This document shows, piece after piece, positions 20,852 through 30,179 of a DNA stretch of 53,430 nt (within the stretch, counting starts at the first letter, position 1; each line of letters opens with the position of its first letter). Origin of the DNA: a virus (Duplodnaviria > Caudoviricetes); IMG/VR virus record IMGVR_UViG_3300042312_000048, positions 1 to 53,430 of that record; one strand, given 5' to 3'. Below the pieces are notes generated by a model. That model had not been told where the DNA came from and searched no databases. It was given only the letters and a program-made list of their open reading frames with translations. A program made the translations under genes and the position numbers.

Positions 20852-21955
20852 TTACTTAAGCCCTGCCAGACGCTTGAGATCAATAACGTGTCCGTTATCT
20901 TCCTCAACTTCTTTTTTGGCAGTTTCTTTATCACCAGTCACTTCTTTGATAACACTTTCTGTTAAAGTAGTTTTAGCGCCTGCTTTAACTGTTCCAGTGT
21001 TAAGAACTGCTGGTAAATATTTTGCGAAAGCATCCTGCAATTTTGGTGTTTGGACACTTTCTAGTAAAGCCTTCATTACTTCTTTCTTCTCTTTGTTTAA
21101 TGGGGCTAGGAGTTCATCCATTGCCTTTTCACGCTGAGTTGATTCTTTAATGATGCGAGCTTCACGATCCTTTATTTCGGCAACTTGAACTGCTTGTTCA
21201 GCAATCTGTTTTGCCTTAGCAAGTGCTTCATCTTTTGATTTAATTGCTGACATTAACTTGCGAGCCTCAGCCTTATCGTTTAGATAAGTTACTGAATATT
21301 CGCTAGCAAATGCTTCAAACAATTTACGTCCAAAGTTGTTTTCACGAGCTAGTTTTATATCTTCTTTGAGTTGTGATAATTCACCCTTCAATTGAGATGT
21401 AACTGCATTGCCGACTTTTTTAGCACTTTCAGCAATGAATTTTGCTTTAAGTTCTTCAAGTTTTTCACGGCCTTCAGCAATTAGTTTTACACGTGCCTCA
21501 ACAACAGCCTTCTTGTCTTGTGCAAACTCTTTAATTTCATTAGCAAGAGCATGAACAATAAACTTTTCTAGCTTTTGTTGATTTTCCATTTGTGCTTTAC
21601 GATCACTGCGCAATTCTTTAATTTCTTCTGCTAATTTTGTTACCATAAAGTCATTAAATTTAGTTGCGTGTTCACCTAAAGCCACTCTAGTAGCAACACG
21701 ATCTGCCGCTAATTGCTTCTTTTCCTCATGAAATTCTTTAATTTCTTGAGATAGATTTTCAGTTAACATCTTATCTAGGGCTTCTACCATCACACTACGA
21801 TCATGTTCGTAACGTTGTGCAAACTCTTCTCTGAGTTCACCACGTACTTGATCGCGGGCTTCAGTCAACTTAGATTCCCACAACTTATTAAGTTCGTTGC
21901 CGACATCTTCGTTGATTAGACCACTCTCTAGTAATGGTTTGATAGCATCTAACAT
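20852..21955 (-). CDS. gp22: Prohead scaffold/core protein, gp22-like
   Basis: Glu/Lys coiled-coil protein between gp21 and gp23; FGRKLFEAF motif; ATG 21955 fits SD AGGGG better than ATG 21961. Confidence 0.85.
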   Translation of the reverse strand: MLDAIKPLLESGLINEDVGNELNKLWESKLTEARDQVRGELREEFAQRYEHDRSVMVEALDKMLTENLSQEIKEFHEEKKQLAADRVATRVALGEHATKFNDFMVTKLAEEIKELRSDRKAQMENQQKLEKFIVHALANEIKEFAQDKKAVVEARVKLIAEGREKLEELKAKFIAESAKKVGNAVTSQLKGELSQLKEDIKLARENNFGRKLFEAFASEYSVTYLNDKAEARKLMSAIKSKDEALAKAKQIAEQAVQVAEIKDREARIIKESTQREKAMDELLAPLNKEKKEVMKALLESVQTPKLQDAFAKYLPAVLNTGTVKAGAKTTLTESVIKEVTGDKETAKKEVEEDNGHVIDLKRLAGLK

Positions 21956-21969
21956 GCTCATATCCCCTA

Positions 21970-22611
21970 TTATTTAATTTTCAATTCCTTGATGAGACGC
22001 TTTACTTCCTCACCTAAGAAATTTTGTACCTTTTTGTTGCCCCTTGCGTCCCTAGCGATTTCTAAAACTTTATGACCATGCTTCATATTCATGAGGCTTT
22101 CATATATTGCTTTAGGATATGCGTTAGGTGCGCTTGGTTGTGCAACGATATCAACAGTGATTATTTCAAAATCACTTACCTTGCCGTCCATGTCGCTTAC
22201 ATTACCTGATCCACGACTTGAAACGCCTAGTTTCACACCACTCTCCAACATAGTCTTTACTAATTGACCCATTGGAGTTGGTAAAATCTTTAGTTTGCCG
22301 AAACCGTTTGCGCCATCCATCCACATGTTTGTGATCATATGGCTAACACGGTCTAGATTAATCTTAAGGTCATCTGGGTGATCGACTTCACCTAATACAG
22401 AATAACCTTCTTGAATTTGTGTGTTTAACGTATTGACAGCAGTTTCAATTTCAGAAACGGGGTAAACACGCTCATTTGCGTTCTTTACCCCACCCTGAAT
22501 AAAGATGCCCTTCATGTAGAGGGTCTTTAATTCATCGTTGCCTTCCTTTACGGATTCAACGATCATGTTTGCTCTATCAAACGTTAAGTGTTCCCTGAGA
22601 TACAAAGCCAT
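21970..22611 (-). CDS. gp21: Prohead protease, T4 gp21 family
   Basis: GIFIQ...KN.N.RVYP, LGEVDHP, LGVSSRGSG, DIVAQPSAPNA motifs. Confidence 0.96.
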   Translation of the reverse strand: MALYLREHLTFDRANMIVESVKEGNDELKTLYMKGIFIQGGVKNANERVYPVSEIETAVNTLNTQIQEGYSVLGEVDHPDDLKINLDRVSHMITNMWMDGANGFGKLKILPTPMGQLVKTMLESGVKLGVSSRGSGNVSDMDGKVSDFEIITVDIVAQPSAPNAYPKAIYESLMNMKHGHKVLEIARDARGNKKVQNFLGEEVKRLIKELKIK

Positions 22612-22632
22612 TTGTCTCCAAGTTACTCTTAA

Positions 22633-23358
22633 TTAGCCTTTAGCCACTGGGCTTTTGGCATTTGCACCGTCATCACCATGTTTTGGTTTTGGTGCATTTT
22701 CTAACTTAGCGCCTTTACCGCCTGGTGCATTCTTGAATTTGCCTGCACCTGGTAAATCGCCTTCCTTCTTGCTGTATTCGTTAGAAGGACCTTTTGGACT
22801 ATTTGGAACTGATTCATCACCGCCCTGATCAAACTTTACTGGCTTTACGCCGTTTGCTTTGACTTTAGGTTCATGTAATGCGGGGCTCTTAGTATATGCT
22901 CCGTTATCACCGTGAGTTACAGATACTTTTTGTAACTGTACGGCTTCCATCATTGGATCTTCTTCATCACCCATGTCGTCCATGCCTTCTTCATCTGATT
23001 CGCCTTTTAGAACGGCTTCAAGATGTGCAACGATATCTGCTAATTCGTCCTTAACTTCTGCAACTTCTCCTGCATCAATGTCGCCTGCTGGTTCTTCTAC
23101 TTCTTCTTCTGAAGCTTCAAAATCAATATCTTCTGCTTCTTCTTCATTCATTCCTGTTTCTTCAACATCAATCTCGTCCATCAAATCAGCGACTTGACCG
23201 TGCATTTGACCGCCTTCATCCATCATTTCTTCATCCATGATTGATTCATAGATTTCGCGTGATTTCTCAACTACGATTTCGTGGAATAATTCGCGGGCTT
23301 TTTCTTCTTGCTCATTGATAATAAGATCAATAAGCTGTTCATATTTCTTGTTTTCCAT
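22633..23358 (-). CDS. Acidic prohead core-like protein
   Basis: Very acidic N-half, Pro/Lys/Gly C-half; lies between portal and protease where T4 has core genes 67/68; SD AGGAG. Confidence 0.65.
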   Translation of the reverse strand: MENKKYEQLIDLIINEQEEKARELFHEIVVEKSREIYESIMDEEMMDEGGQMHGQVADLMDEIDVEETGMNEEEAEDIDFEASEEEVEEPAGDIDAGEVAEVKDELADIVAHLEAVLKGESDEEGMDDMGDEEDPMMEAVQLQKVSVTHGDNGAYTKSPALHEPKVKANGVKPVKFDQGGDESVPNSPKGPSNEYSKKEGDLPGAGKFKNAPGGKGAKLENAPKPKHGDDGANAKSPVAKG

Positions 23359-23393
23359 TTGTATTTCTCCTGGATAATAATGGCTTTGTAGAA

Positions 23394-23402
23394 TTATTTA
23401 GT
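23394..23402 (-). promoter_or_regulatory. Late promoter box variant ACTAAATA
   Basis: Intergenic upstream of the core-gp21-gp22-gp23 operon. Confidence 0.6.
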
Positions 23403-23455
23403 GTCTACATACAAAAAGTGTTCAATAAGTGCGATTTTTTTGCGTTTTTGGTGTA

Positions 23456-23683
23456 TTAACCAGTTGGTTGCTGTGGTTGGGCTGGTATTCCGTATTGTTC
23501 TTTTACTTTTTTAAGATATTCTTTTTTCTCAAAATTTCTAACGTCCAACATTTTACGTAATTTTCTGATATGCTCAAGCGTTAGTTTGGTCTTGCGGCTT
23601 GTTCTCCATACAGGTTTGCTATTATCATCAGCGATATTTTGATAGCCCGGTACTGGGGGATTAAACATTTCAATTAAATGCAT
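23456..23683 (-). CDS. Small basic head-module protein (75 aa), function unknown
   Basis: ATG 23683 avoids overlap with the portal gene and lies 5 nt after a late box; RKTKLTLEHIRKLRK..KEQYG. Confidence 0.7.
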   Translation of the reverse strand: MHLIEMFNPPVPGYQNIADDNSKPVWRTSRKTKLTLEHIRKLRKMLDVRNFEKKEYLKKVKEQYGIPAQPQQPTG

Positions 23684-23688
23684 GATAT

Positions 23689-23696
23689 TATTTATC
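23689..23696 (-). promoter_or_regulatory. T4-type late promoter box GATAAATA
   Basis: Directly after portal stop, 5 nt before ATG 23683. Confidence 0.7.
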
Positions 23697-25505
23697 TTAT
23701 GCCGGTGGACTACCGGGACCTGCAGGACCTGCTTGCGGTGCTCCAGCCATTGCTGCATTTGGACCGGCTGCATTAACTGGACCTGCCGGAGGTTGCTGTT
23801 CTGGTCCTTGCTGTGCTTGTTGTTGCTCTAGTTCTTCGCCTGTTTCTTTATCAGACTCAATATCACTTACGCTAACGCCTATGCTACGTAAATCTGTTCC
23901 TGCTGGTTCATCAAGTTTTTCTTTACCATTTTCTTCACGCCACAATTTTTCATTCTTGTTGATTTCTTCTTGTGTTAGGCCCAAGAAGCGTTCTAGGGCA
24001 AAGCGTTTAGAGATATATGAAAATTGTTCCATTGTCTGATAAGTTGTCACTCTTGCTGTGTCTAACTCGCTTTGACGATATGCAGCAAAGTTTTGCGGAG
24101 GATTGAAAGTTAATTCAAACAATCCGCTATCAATGTTAAATCCGCGCCAACGTAAAAATAGTTTAAACTCTTCATCTAATTTTTTACTGATATAATTCTG
24201 TAGTCGTTCACAATATTGATTGAAACGATATTCTTGAATCAATGCTGTACCAACACGACCATCACTTAATGGTCTATCACTATCGTCTGGTCCAGTTGGT
24301 AGATAACTGCTTGGTACACGTAAACCACGTGCTAATCTGTTGTTGAAGTATTTTAGGTCATCAATTTCACCTAGATTTTGCCCACCTTGCATAACTTCTA
24401 CTGATGATCCGCGACCGTCTGCGGTGACTGGGAAGAAGTAATCTTCGTTCATTGAAAGTGGGTTATATGTAGCATCTACTATAGATGCACCACCATATAC
24501 GCTAGGTATTCTGCGTTGATGAATCTCATTTTTAATACGTTCTACATAAGCCATAGCCATGTGACTTGGCATGTTACCAACGTCAATCTTGAAGAGTCTG
24601 CGTTCTGGTGCACGTTGTACACGATAGATTAACACAGCATCTTCAAGCAATTCTTTCTGCTTGTATACTTTAAAGATATTTTCTAATATACTTTGTCCAA
24701 AAGGCCAAAATCTGTCAAGGCCTTCAGTCAGGCTAAGATGCACAATGTGTTTCGCGTCGATAGCCGATTCGCTCTGACCCAATGTAAAGCGGCTACCTGA
24801 CGTATTGTATGGCATTGCAGGAACAGTATATGGTGTATTAGTACCACCACCTGTACCACCTAAACCTGTTGCCGGATTAGCGGCGAAATCCGTATTAGTT
24901 TTTTGTGCAACTGATAAATTTTGAAGATTAATGTTTAAATCTTTTAATACGTACTGTTCTGGAAGTTTACCTTCACTTTCGTTGACGATAACCTTGATAA
25001 CTTTAACCATATCAACCCAATACAACTTAAAGTTTTCTGGGTCGCGTACAAATACTTGATCTCCGTACTTGATAACGTTACGGAATATCTTAAAAATTCT
25101 TTGATCAAATTCGTTTAGTTTACACCACTGTTGTAATTGCTCTTTAAGGATATTAATTTCATTCGGTGTAGGATCTTCTTTAAAATCCAATGTAAAAGCA
25201 GTTTTGTTTTGTTCGTTTTTCTGTGTACTAAACTCTGAAATGATGTCTAAACATGCGTTGATTTCAGCATCAACGTCCATCATTTCATATTGATTATAGC
25301 GTTCTATGCGATTTGGATGACCTGTGTAGACTTCTGGAAGTCTACTCATGTAATTTCGGTATCCAAAATTATCATTATTCCAATTGCCACTGCTTGTTTG
25401 ACCATTGTTACCAGAATCGGTATTCCAAGCACCGGTATTGCTGTTAGCACCGGATATCGGACTACTAATTCCTGATCTGTTTAAAAATTTCTTTTTATAT
25501 GACAT
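23697..25505 (-). CDS. gp20: Portal vertex protein, T4 gp20 family
   Basis: LEDAVLIYRVQRAPERR.F.IDVGNMP, EDYFFP....GRG..VE...GGQNLGEI.D..YF motifs. Confidence 0.97.
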   Translation of the reverse strand: MSYKKKFLNRSGISSPISGANSNTGAWNTDSGNNGQTSSGNWNNDNFGYRNYMSRLPEVYTGHPNRIERYNQYEMMDVDAEINACLDIISEFSTQKNEQNKTAFTLDFKEDPTPNEINILKEQLQQWCKLNEFDQRIFKIFRNVIKYGDQVFVRDPENFKLYWVDMVKVIKVIVNESEGKLPEQYVLKDLNINLQNLSVAQKTNTDFAANPATGLGGTGGGTNTPYTVPAMPYNTSGSRFTLGQSESAIDAKHIVHLSLTEGLDRFWPFGQSILENIFKVYKQKELLEDAVLIYRVQRAPERRLFKIDVGNMPSHMAMAYVERIKNEIHQRRIPSVYGGASIVDATYNPLSMNEDYFFPVTADGRGSSVEVMQGGQNLGEIDDLKYFNNRLARGLRVPSSYLPTGPDDSDRPLSDGRVGTALIQEYRFNQYCERLQNYISKKLDEEFKLFLRWRGFNIDSGLFELTFNPPQNFAAYRQSELDTARVTTYQTMEQFSYISKRFALERFLGLTQEEINKNEKLWREENGKEKLDEPAGTDLRSIGVSVSDIESDKETGEELEQQQAQQGPEQQPPAGPVNAAGPNAAMAGAPQAGPAGPGSPPA

Positions 25506-25521
25506 TGGTTTACTTCTAATT

Positions 25522-25529
25522 TATTTATA
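25522..25529 (-). promoter_or_regulatory. T4 late promoter TATAAATA
   Basis: Exact consensus between tape measure stop and portal start. Confidence 0.8.
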
Positions 25530-25530
25530 G

Positions 25531-28500
25531 TTAAACTTGACTATGACGCAATATCTTGTGACTAGTTTGATTACCCGTATCAAGTTTTAATATTACTTCA
25601 TCTAATTTACTTGTCAATACTTTAGCGATCATCTCATTCGCTCTAATTAAATCATCTTTTAGAGTTGTAGCAGAGATATTTTCGGACTCTTGTTGAGCAG
25701 TTTTAGTTTCTGAAGCAAATTGATCTGAACCCTTTTTTCCTAATTCTGCTAATAAACTATCAGGTGATAGTGGAATCACCATTTCATTACCGTGAAGCAT
25801 AGCAGGGAAACCTGATTTAGGTCCGCGTACAATACCTCCCATATCTAAACTAGGTAGTTCTTGTTTAGGAATCTCAGCGTGGAAATGTTTTCCTTCTGTT
25901 GAAGAAGTAGGATAATTGTACTCATCTTTAACAGTACCAAACCCTATACCCTTAAGGATGTTAATTATCTTTGCTGATTGCTCAGGTGTAGGTGCTTTGT
26001 TTAAGGTAAAATCAACAGCACGACCATCTTTGTGTGCGGTATTATTAAAGTTAAGTGCGTGATAATAATCATTTAAAGCAGTTATATGTTGTAGAGTTAA
26101 ATCTCCGAAATCAGCCTGTTGTAGTTTTACAATACCGTCTAATAATTTTGGATCAAGACCGTAACCTTCTCCGTGAGTGTCTCTAGTTTTTGAATCTGCA
26201 TCATCAGCAAATTTTCTTCCTCTAGCGTTAGTCCTGATGTTTGTTGGAATTTCTTGAGGGCCACGCAAATATTTAGGATCAATAACACCTGTATCAATTA
26301 ATTTAGCGAGTGATGTTGGTACTGCACCTTGTCTTAAAGTAGGTGTAGCAATCTTGCTTGCGACCATTGCAGGAGTTTCTGCTTGTAATCTACCAGAATT
26401 CACTAATTCTGCTATATTAGGTCCTTGTGGTTGTGTTTCTGATTCAGGTGTGACGACTGGTGCTTCGGGTGTTGTAGTTCCAGCAGTTGAACCTGGAGGT
26501 ACAGACAATCTTGCTTGGTTAGCGACCTTATCAATTATTGTATCTAATGTTTTTGTATCTAACTTGCCTACGTTTTTTGTACCTGCACTATCTAATGCAA
26601 GCATAACTTTTGGTCGTAACGAACGGGCTCTATTATTTGATTGTCTGATAAATCCTGCAATTTTACCGACCAAAGATGCATTCAGTTCTAATGTTGTACC
26701 TAAATTTGTTTGGACATTGATAGGTTGAAAATTGATTTCAGTTTGAGTAGTTCTATCTTGCTCTACATTAGTAGTAGGTGGTGCTGCCTGTTGTGTAGTT
26801 TGCTGTTGTTGTGGTGCAGTAGTTTGCTGTGTAGCCGGTTGTTGCTGTTGTGGTGCAGTAGTTTGCTGTGTAGCCGGTTGTTGCTGTTGTGGCGCAGTAG
26901 TTTGCTGTGTAGCCGGTTGTTGCTGTTGTGGCGCAGTAGTTTGCTGTGTAGCCGGTTGTTGCTGTTGTGGCGCAGTAGTTTGCTGTGTAGCCGGTTGTTG
27001 CTGTTGTGGCGTTACCGGTCTAGCAGTATTTTCCCCTCGACGTAAAATTTCACTACCAACTGGTGCTGCAGGTGTGCTTGATTCTCTAGACTTTTGAGGG
27101 TCGCTTACATTTTGTTGAGATACAATATTATTTTGTGCAAGTTCTTTAAATCTTTTTGCTTCTTCGCTGACATTTATTCCGAATAATCCAAGAATTTTTT
27201 CAACATCATCAGCTATTGAACCTAAGAAGTTGACAGCAGCCTGATCAGATTTTGCAATATTATCTAATGTACCTATAATTTTATTGGCATTATCAATCTC
27301 AGTTGTGGGTGCTGCTTGTCTTTTTGCTTCTTCTGTCGCAACAGGAGATTGAGTATTAATATCAAAATCTTGTACAAAAGGATTTACAACGTTTTGTAAT
27401 TTGTCGGTTGCTTGTCCTAATGCTACTGCTGCTTCTTGTAATGATGATGCAATTTTACTTGCGCTATCTGCACCGCTTGTCATTGCTGACGCTATTTGTT
27501 GGGCAGCTTCTGAACGCAATTGAGCTCTATCTTCGGGTTGACGAGCATATTGTTTCATCGCATCTGACGGGAATAATTGATTTCTTAGTTGTTCATTTAA
27601 TAATGCCGCAGGACCTACAGTAGTTGCTAATTGCCCTAAACGACCTCCCGGTTCATACATTTCTTTAGCAAGTAGATCAGCAAACACTTTTGCTTGATCT
27701 TCAGGTGCAAGTAATGCACCTGTTTCTTTATCTCTAGCATTTCTTGCTTGTTCTGCTAATTCTGGTATTACTTGAGCCGCACCAGACATGAACATCTGCA
27801 AGTTGTCTTTGCCCAACACACCTGTTGTTAATAATTCTTTGACACCTTTTTGTAATCCGGCAGGTAAAACTGACAACTGATCAACGACAGCATTTCTGAA
27901 TTTTAATTCATCTTCTAATCTTTGTGCTTCTCTACGTAATTGTTCAGCTTCTCTTGCTGATTCAGGAGTGCCTTCTTTATCTTTCTGTTCAGCCTGCTGT
28001 CTTAATGCGTTAATTTCTTCTTGTTGCATTAAGTTTCTTAATTGTATGATAGGATCTTCTCTAGCAGCCCTCATACGTTTTTCAATAGTGCTGACTTCTT
28101 CTCCCGTTAATGCTGATAACTCATATAAATTTTTAATATATTCTAAACTTGCGGCCTGCAATTTGCTCATATTTGCATTTTGCATTCTTAGACTGATACC
28201 GGCAGCATCTTGGGCAGCAACGTAGTTGCCCTGATACTTCATCATTTCTTCTTGGAAGACGCCTATATTAGCAAATTGTTTTCTATTTTCGTTTCCAACT
28301 TGTACTAATTCAAAAAATGCTTTTTGTGCGTCTCCTGCACCGCGTCCTAATCCTAATAATGCAGGCCCTAGACTTGCAATAGGATTAATCATTCTGCTTA
28401 TAGTGTCAGAATGTAATCCCGCAGCATGTGCATAAGAGTAAAGTGAACTTGCTGTTTGTTGACCTACACCGCCTAATTTATTAAGGCTGTCTCTAGCACC

Positions 28501-28986
28501 TAATAAAGCCTGTGTTTGCCCTAAGAAAACATTTGCAAGTGAGCCAAATGCAGTAGCAAGGCCGGCAGCAGCTGCTGCCGGCAGTCCCAATCTTGCTGCT
28601 AACGTACCTAATGCCCCACCAACTGCACCTGCAGCACCGCTAAAATTGTTTAGACTTCCTGTTGAAGTAGCCATCGCAGATGCCGCTTGCCCAACTTGAT
28701 TCTTAAGTGTTTGCGCGGATTGTGCTATGGACGCATTATTTTGTGCAATTTGTTGTGCAGCTTGCTGCTGTGCAGAAGCAACCGACATTGATGAAGATAC
28801 TATGTTTTGTCCGGCTGCTTGAAAATTTTGTCCTGCAGTTCTTGCTGATTGCGAGGAGTTTAATACCTGACCATTTAGATTATTAAGACTACTTCCAACG
28901 ATTCCGGTACTATTGGCTAATCCATTAACTGATTGTTGTAAAGCATTTATAGCATTCTGTAGATTATCAATATCTTGTGGGGTCAT
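25531..28986 (-). CDS. Tape measure-like protein with C-terminal M15/LAS-type metallopeptidase motif
   Basis: Ala/Gln-rich helical N-region, hydrophobic Gly/Ala segment, H-x6-D (HKDGRAVD) and HxH (HFH), GGIV.GPKSG.P..LHG.E.VIPL motif; adjacent to tail chaperone genes. Confidence 0.78.
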   Translation of the reverse strand: MTPQDIDNLQNAINALQQSVNGLANSTGIVGSSLNNLNGQVLNSSQSARTAGQNFQAAGQNIVSSSMSVASAQQQAAQQIAQNNASIAQSAQTLKNQVGQAASAMATSTGSLNNFSGAAGAVGGALGTLAARLGLPAAAAAGLATAFGSLANVFLGQTQALLGARDSLNKLGGVGQQTASSLYSYAHAAGLHSDTISRMINPIASLGPALLGLGRGAGDAQKAFFELVQVGNENRKQFANIGVFQEEMMKYQGNYVAAQDAAGISLRMQNANMSKLQAASLEYIKNLYELSALTGEEVSTIEKRMRAAREDPIIQLRNLMQQEEINALRQQAEQKDKEGTPESAREAEQLRREAQRLEDELKFRNAVVDQLSVLPAGLQKGVKELLTTGVLGKDNLQMFMSGAAQVIPELAEQARNARDKETGALLAPEDQAKVFADLLAKEMYEPGGRLGQLATTVGPAALLNEQLRNQLFPSDAMKQYARQPEDRAQLRSEAAQQIASAMTSGADSASKIASSLQEAAVALGQATDKLQNVVNPFVQDFDINTQSPVATEEAKRQAAPTTEIDNANKIIGTLDNIAKSDQAAVNFLGSIADDVEKILGLFGINVSEEAKRFKELAQNNIVSQQNVSDPQKSRESSTPAAPVGSEILRRGENTARPVTPQQQQPATQQTTAPQQQQPATQQTTAPQQQQPATQQTTAPQQQQPATQQTTAPQQQQPATQQTTAPQQQQTTQQAAPPTTNVEQDRTTQTEINFQPINVQTNLGTTLELNASLVGKIAGFIRQSNNRARSLRPKVMLALDSAGTKNVGKLDTKTLDTIIDKVANQARLSVPPGSTAGTTTPEAPVVTPESETQPQGPNIAELVNSGRLQAETPAMVASKIATPTLRQGAVPTSLAKLIDTGVIDPKYLRGPQEIPTNIRTNARGRKFADDADSKTRDTHGEGYGLDPKLLDGIVKLQQADFGDLTLQHITALNDYYHALNFNNTAHKDGRAVDFTLNKAPTPEQSAKIINILKGIGFGTVKDEYNYPTSSTEGKHFHAEIPKQELPSLDMGGIVRGPKSGFPAMLHGNEMVIPLSPDSLLAELGKKGSDQFASETKTAQQESENISATTLKDDLIRANEMIAKVLTSKLDEVILKLDTGNQTSHKILRHSQV
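26812..27011. repeat. Five tandem near-identical 39-bp repeats encoding QQQQPATQQTTAP
   Basis: Unit tgg(t/c)gcagtagtttgctgtgtagccggttgttgctgttg at 26812, 26851, 26890, 26929, 26968; one variable position. Confidence 0.95.
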
Positions 28987-29009
28987 TTTTTACACGCTTT
29001 TTTTGGTTT

Positions 29010-29032
29010 TATAAATAACTCTACTATTTATA
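29010..29032. promoter_or_regulatory. Palindromic pair of late promoters TATAAATA-N7-TATTTATA
   Basis: Exact consensus on + (29010-29017) and on - (29032-29025) between divergent tape measure and gp26-like genes. Confidence 0.8.
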
Positions 29033-29064
29033 GTTTAAAAATTACCCAAAATTAAGAGGACAAT

Positions 29065-29886
29065 ATGGATAATCCACTACGTCAACATTTTAGAAGACCA
29101 GCCGTTTATATCAAATTACCCAGCGCAGGAGTAGGATATACACAGGATGTCATTGACATGCCCAGTAACGGTGAGTTGCCGGTTTATCCTATGACCGCAT
29201 TAGATGAAATTGCATTACGCACACCTGACGCACTGTTTAATGGTGTTGCTGTTGCTGATGTAATCAAGAGTTGCGTACCTGCGATTAAAAACCCTATGCA
29301 ACTCATGGTAAGCGACTTAGATGCTATATTGATTGGTATCAGAAGCGCAGGTGGTCAAGATACTGTTGATATAACAACAGTTTGCCCCGGTTGTCAAAAT
29401 GAAGCAACATATGGTGTAAATCTGATGTCAATATTATCTACGATGAAGTTAGGTAATTATAATGAACCATTAAAACTTGATACGTTAGAAATTAAATTTA
29501 GACCAGTAACCTATATGCAGATGACAAATGCTGCTATTGGTCAGTTTGATTTACAAAAAGTTTTTAACCGTATTGAAAATATTCAAGACGAAAAAGAAAA
29601 AAGAGAAGCAACTCAAGAAGCAATCAAAATGGTAACAACGTTGACTATGAAAGTGATTAGCCAGTCAATTGAATTTGTTAGAACTCCTGAGGCTGTAGTC
29701 ACTGATACTGATCATATTAGCGAATTTCTAGAACATTGTGATGCTAATACCTATAATAAAATCAAAGACTATAACGCAAAATTAAAAGAAAGCACCGAAA
29801 TCAAACCGTTAAACATCACATGTACCGGATGTAATAAAGATTACAAACAACCCTTCACATTAAATTCATCCGATTTTTTCGGATGA
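29065..29886 (+). CDS. gp26: Baseplate hub assembly / tail assembly chaperone, gp26-like
   Basis: I.LPS, YPMTA.DE, D.DAIL..IR, two CxxC (CPGC, CTGC), terminal DFF; SD GAGG. Confidence 0.8.
   Translation: MDNPLRQHFRRPAVYIKLPSAGVGYTQDVIDMPSNGELPVYPMTALDEIALRTPDALFNGVAVADVIKSCVPAIKNPMQLMVSDLDAILIGIRSAGGQDTVDITTVCPGCQNEATYGVNLMSILSTMKLGNYNEPLKLDTLEIKFRPVTYMQMTNAAIGQFDLQKVFNRIENIQDEKEKREATQEAIKMVTTLTMKVISQSIEFVRTPEAVVTDTDHISEFLEHCDANTYNKIKDYNAKLKESTEIKPLNITCTGCNKDYKQPFTLNSSDFFG
29874..29880 (+). other. Candidate -1 ribosomal frameshift heptamer T TTT TTC
   Basis: X XXY YYZ register in gp26 frame (GAT TTT TTC GGA TGA); -1 frame continues CGG ATG into the next ORF; stem-loop follows. Confidence 0.65.
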
Positions 29887-30110
29887 CGCTTCTGGCTTCT
29901 TCCCCTGCAGAAGTCACGAAGTTAATCACAGATATGGAGAATGAAGTTAGGGGTATCAAAGAAGCAGCATTAGCCATGGCTTGGCATCTACGCGGAGGTG
30001 CCACATATGAAGATATATTGAATATGTCTGTCGACGAACGTAAAGCAATCAACAAAATTATTGAAGCACATATGGAAACAACTAAGAAGACCGGACTTAA
30101 TTATTTTTAA
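29883..30110 (+). CDS. gp51: gp51-like tail/baseplate assembly chaperone domain (possibly made as a frameshift fusion)
   Basis: W..RGG.TYEDI.NMS..ER..I pattern; in -1 frame relative to gp26; no SD. Confidence 0.7.
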   Translation: MTLLASSPAEVTKLITDMENEVRGIKEAALAMAWHLRGGATYEDILNMSVDERKAINKIIEAHMETTKKTGLNYF

Positions 30111-30155
30111 GTTGTCCTTCGGACAACACTTCACTCGCTATCGCTCGTTCAGTAT
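30111..30155 (-). other. Two strand-specific ssDNA-type hairpins (GAA triloop; tandem G-A mismatch stem), primosome-assembly-site-like
   Basis: Minus strand: ACT GA AC GA GC GATA GC GA GT GA AGT, then GTTGTCC GAA GGACAAC. Confidence 0.6.
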
Positions 30156-30179
30156 TTTAATTTTATAAGGATTTAGATT

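Noticed and set aside
23684-23773. Longer 105 aa version of the small head-module ORF
   Set aside because: Overlaps the portal 3' end; a late box sits 5 nt before the internal ATG 23683.
26710-27045. CRISPR-like array or Cys/Leu-repeat protein at the 39-bp repeats
   Set aside because: Repeats are contiguous without spacers and in frame in the tape measure gene; the plus-strand ORF is their antisense.
30111-30127. cUUCGg intrinsic terminator for the gp51-like gene
   Set aside because: Perfect pairing needs a 3-nt loop, not UUCG, and no U-tract follows; the minus-strand GAA triloop fits better, though a pausing role is not excluded.
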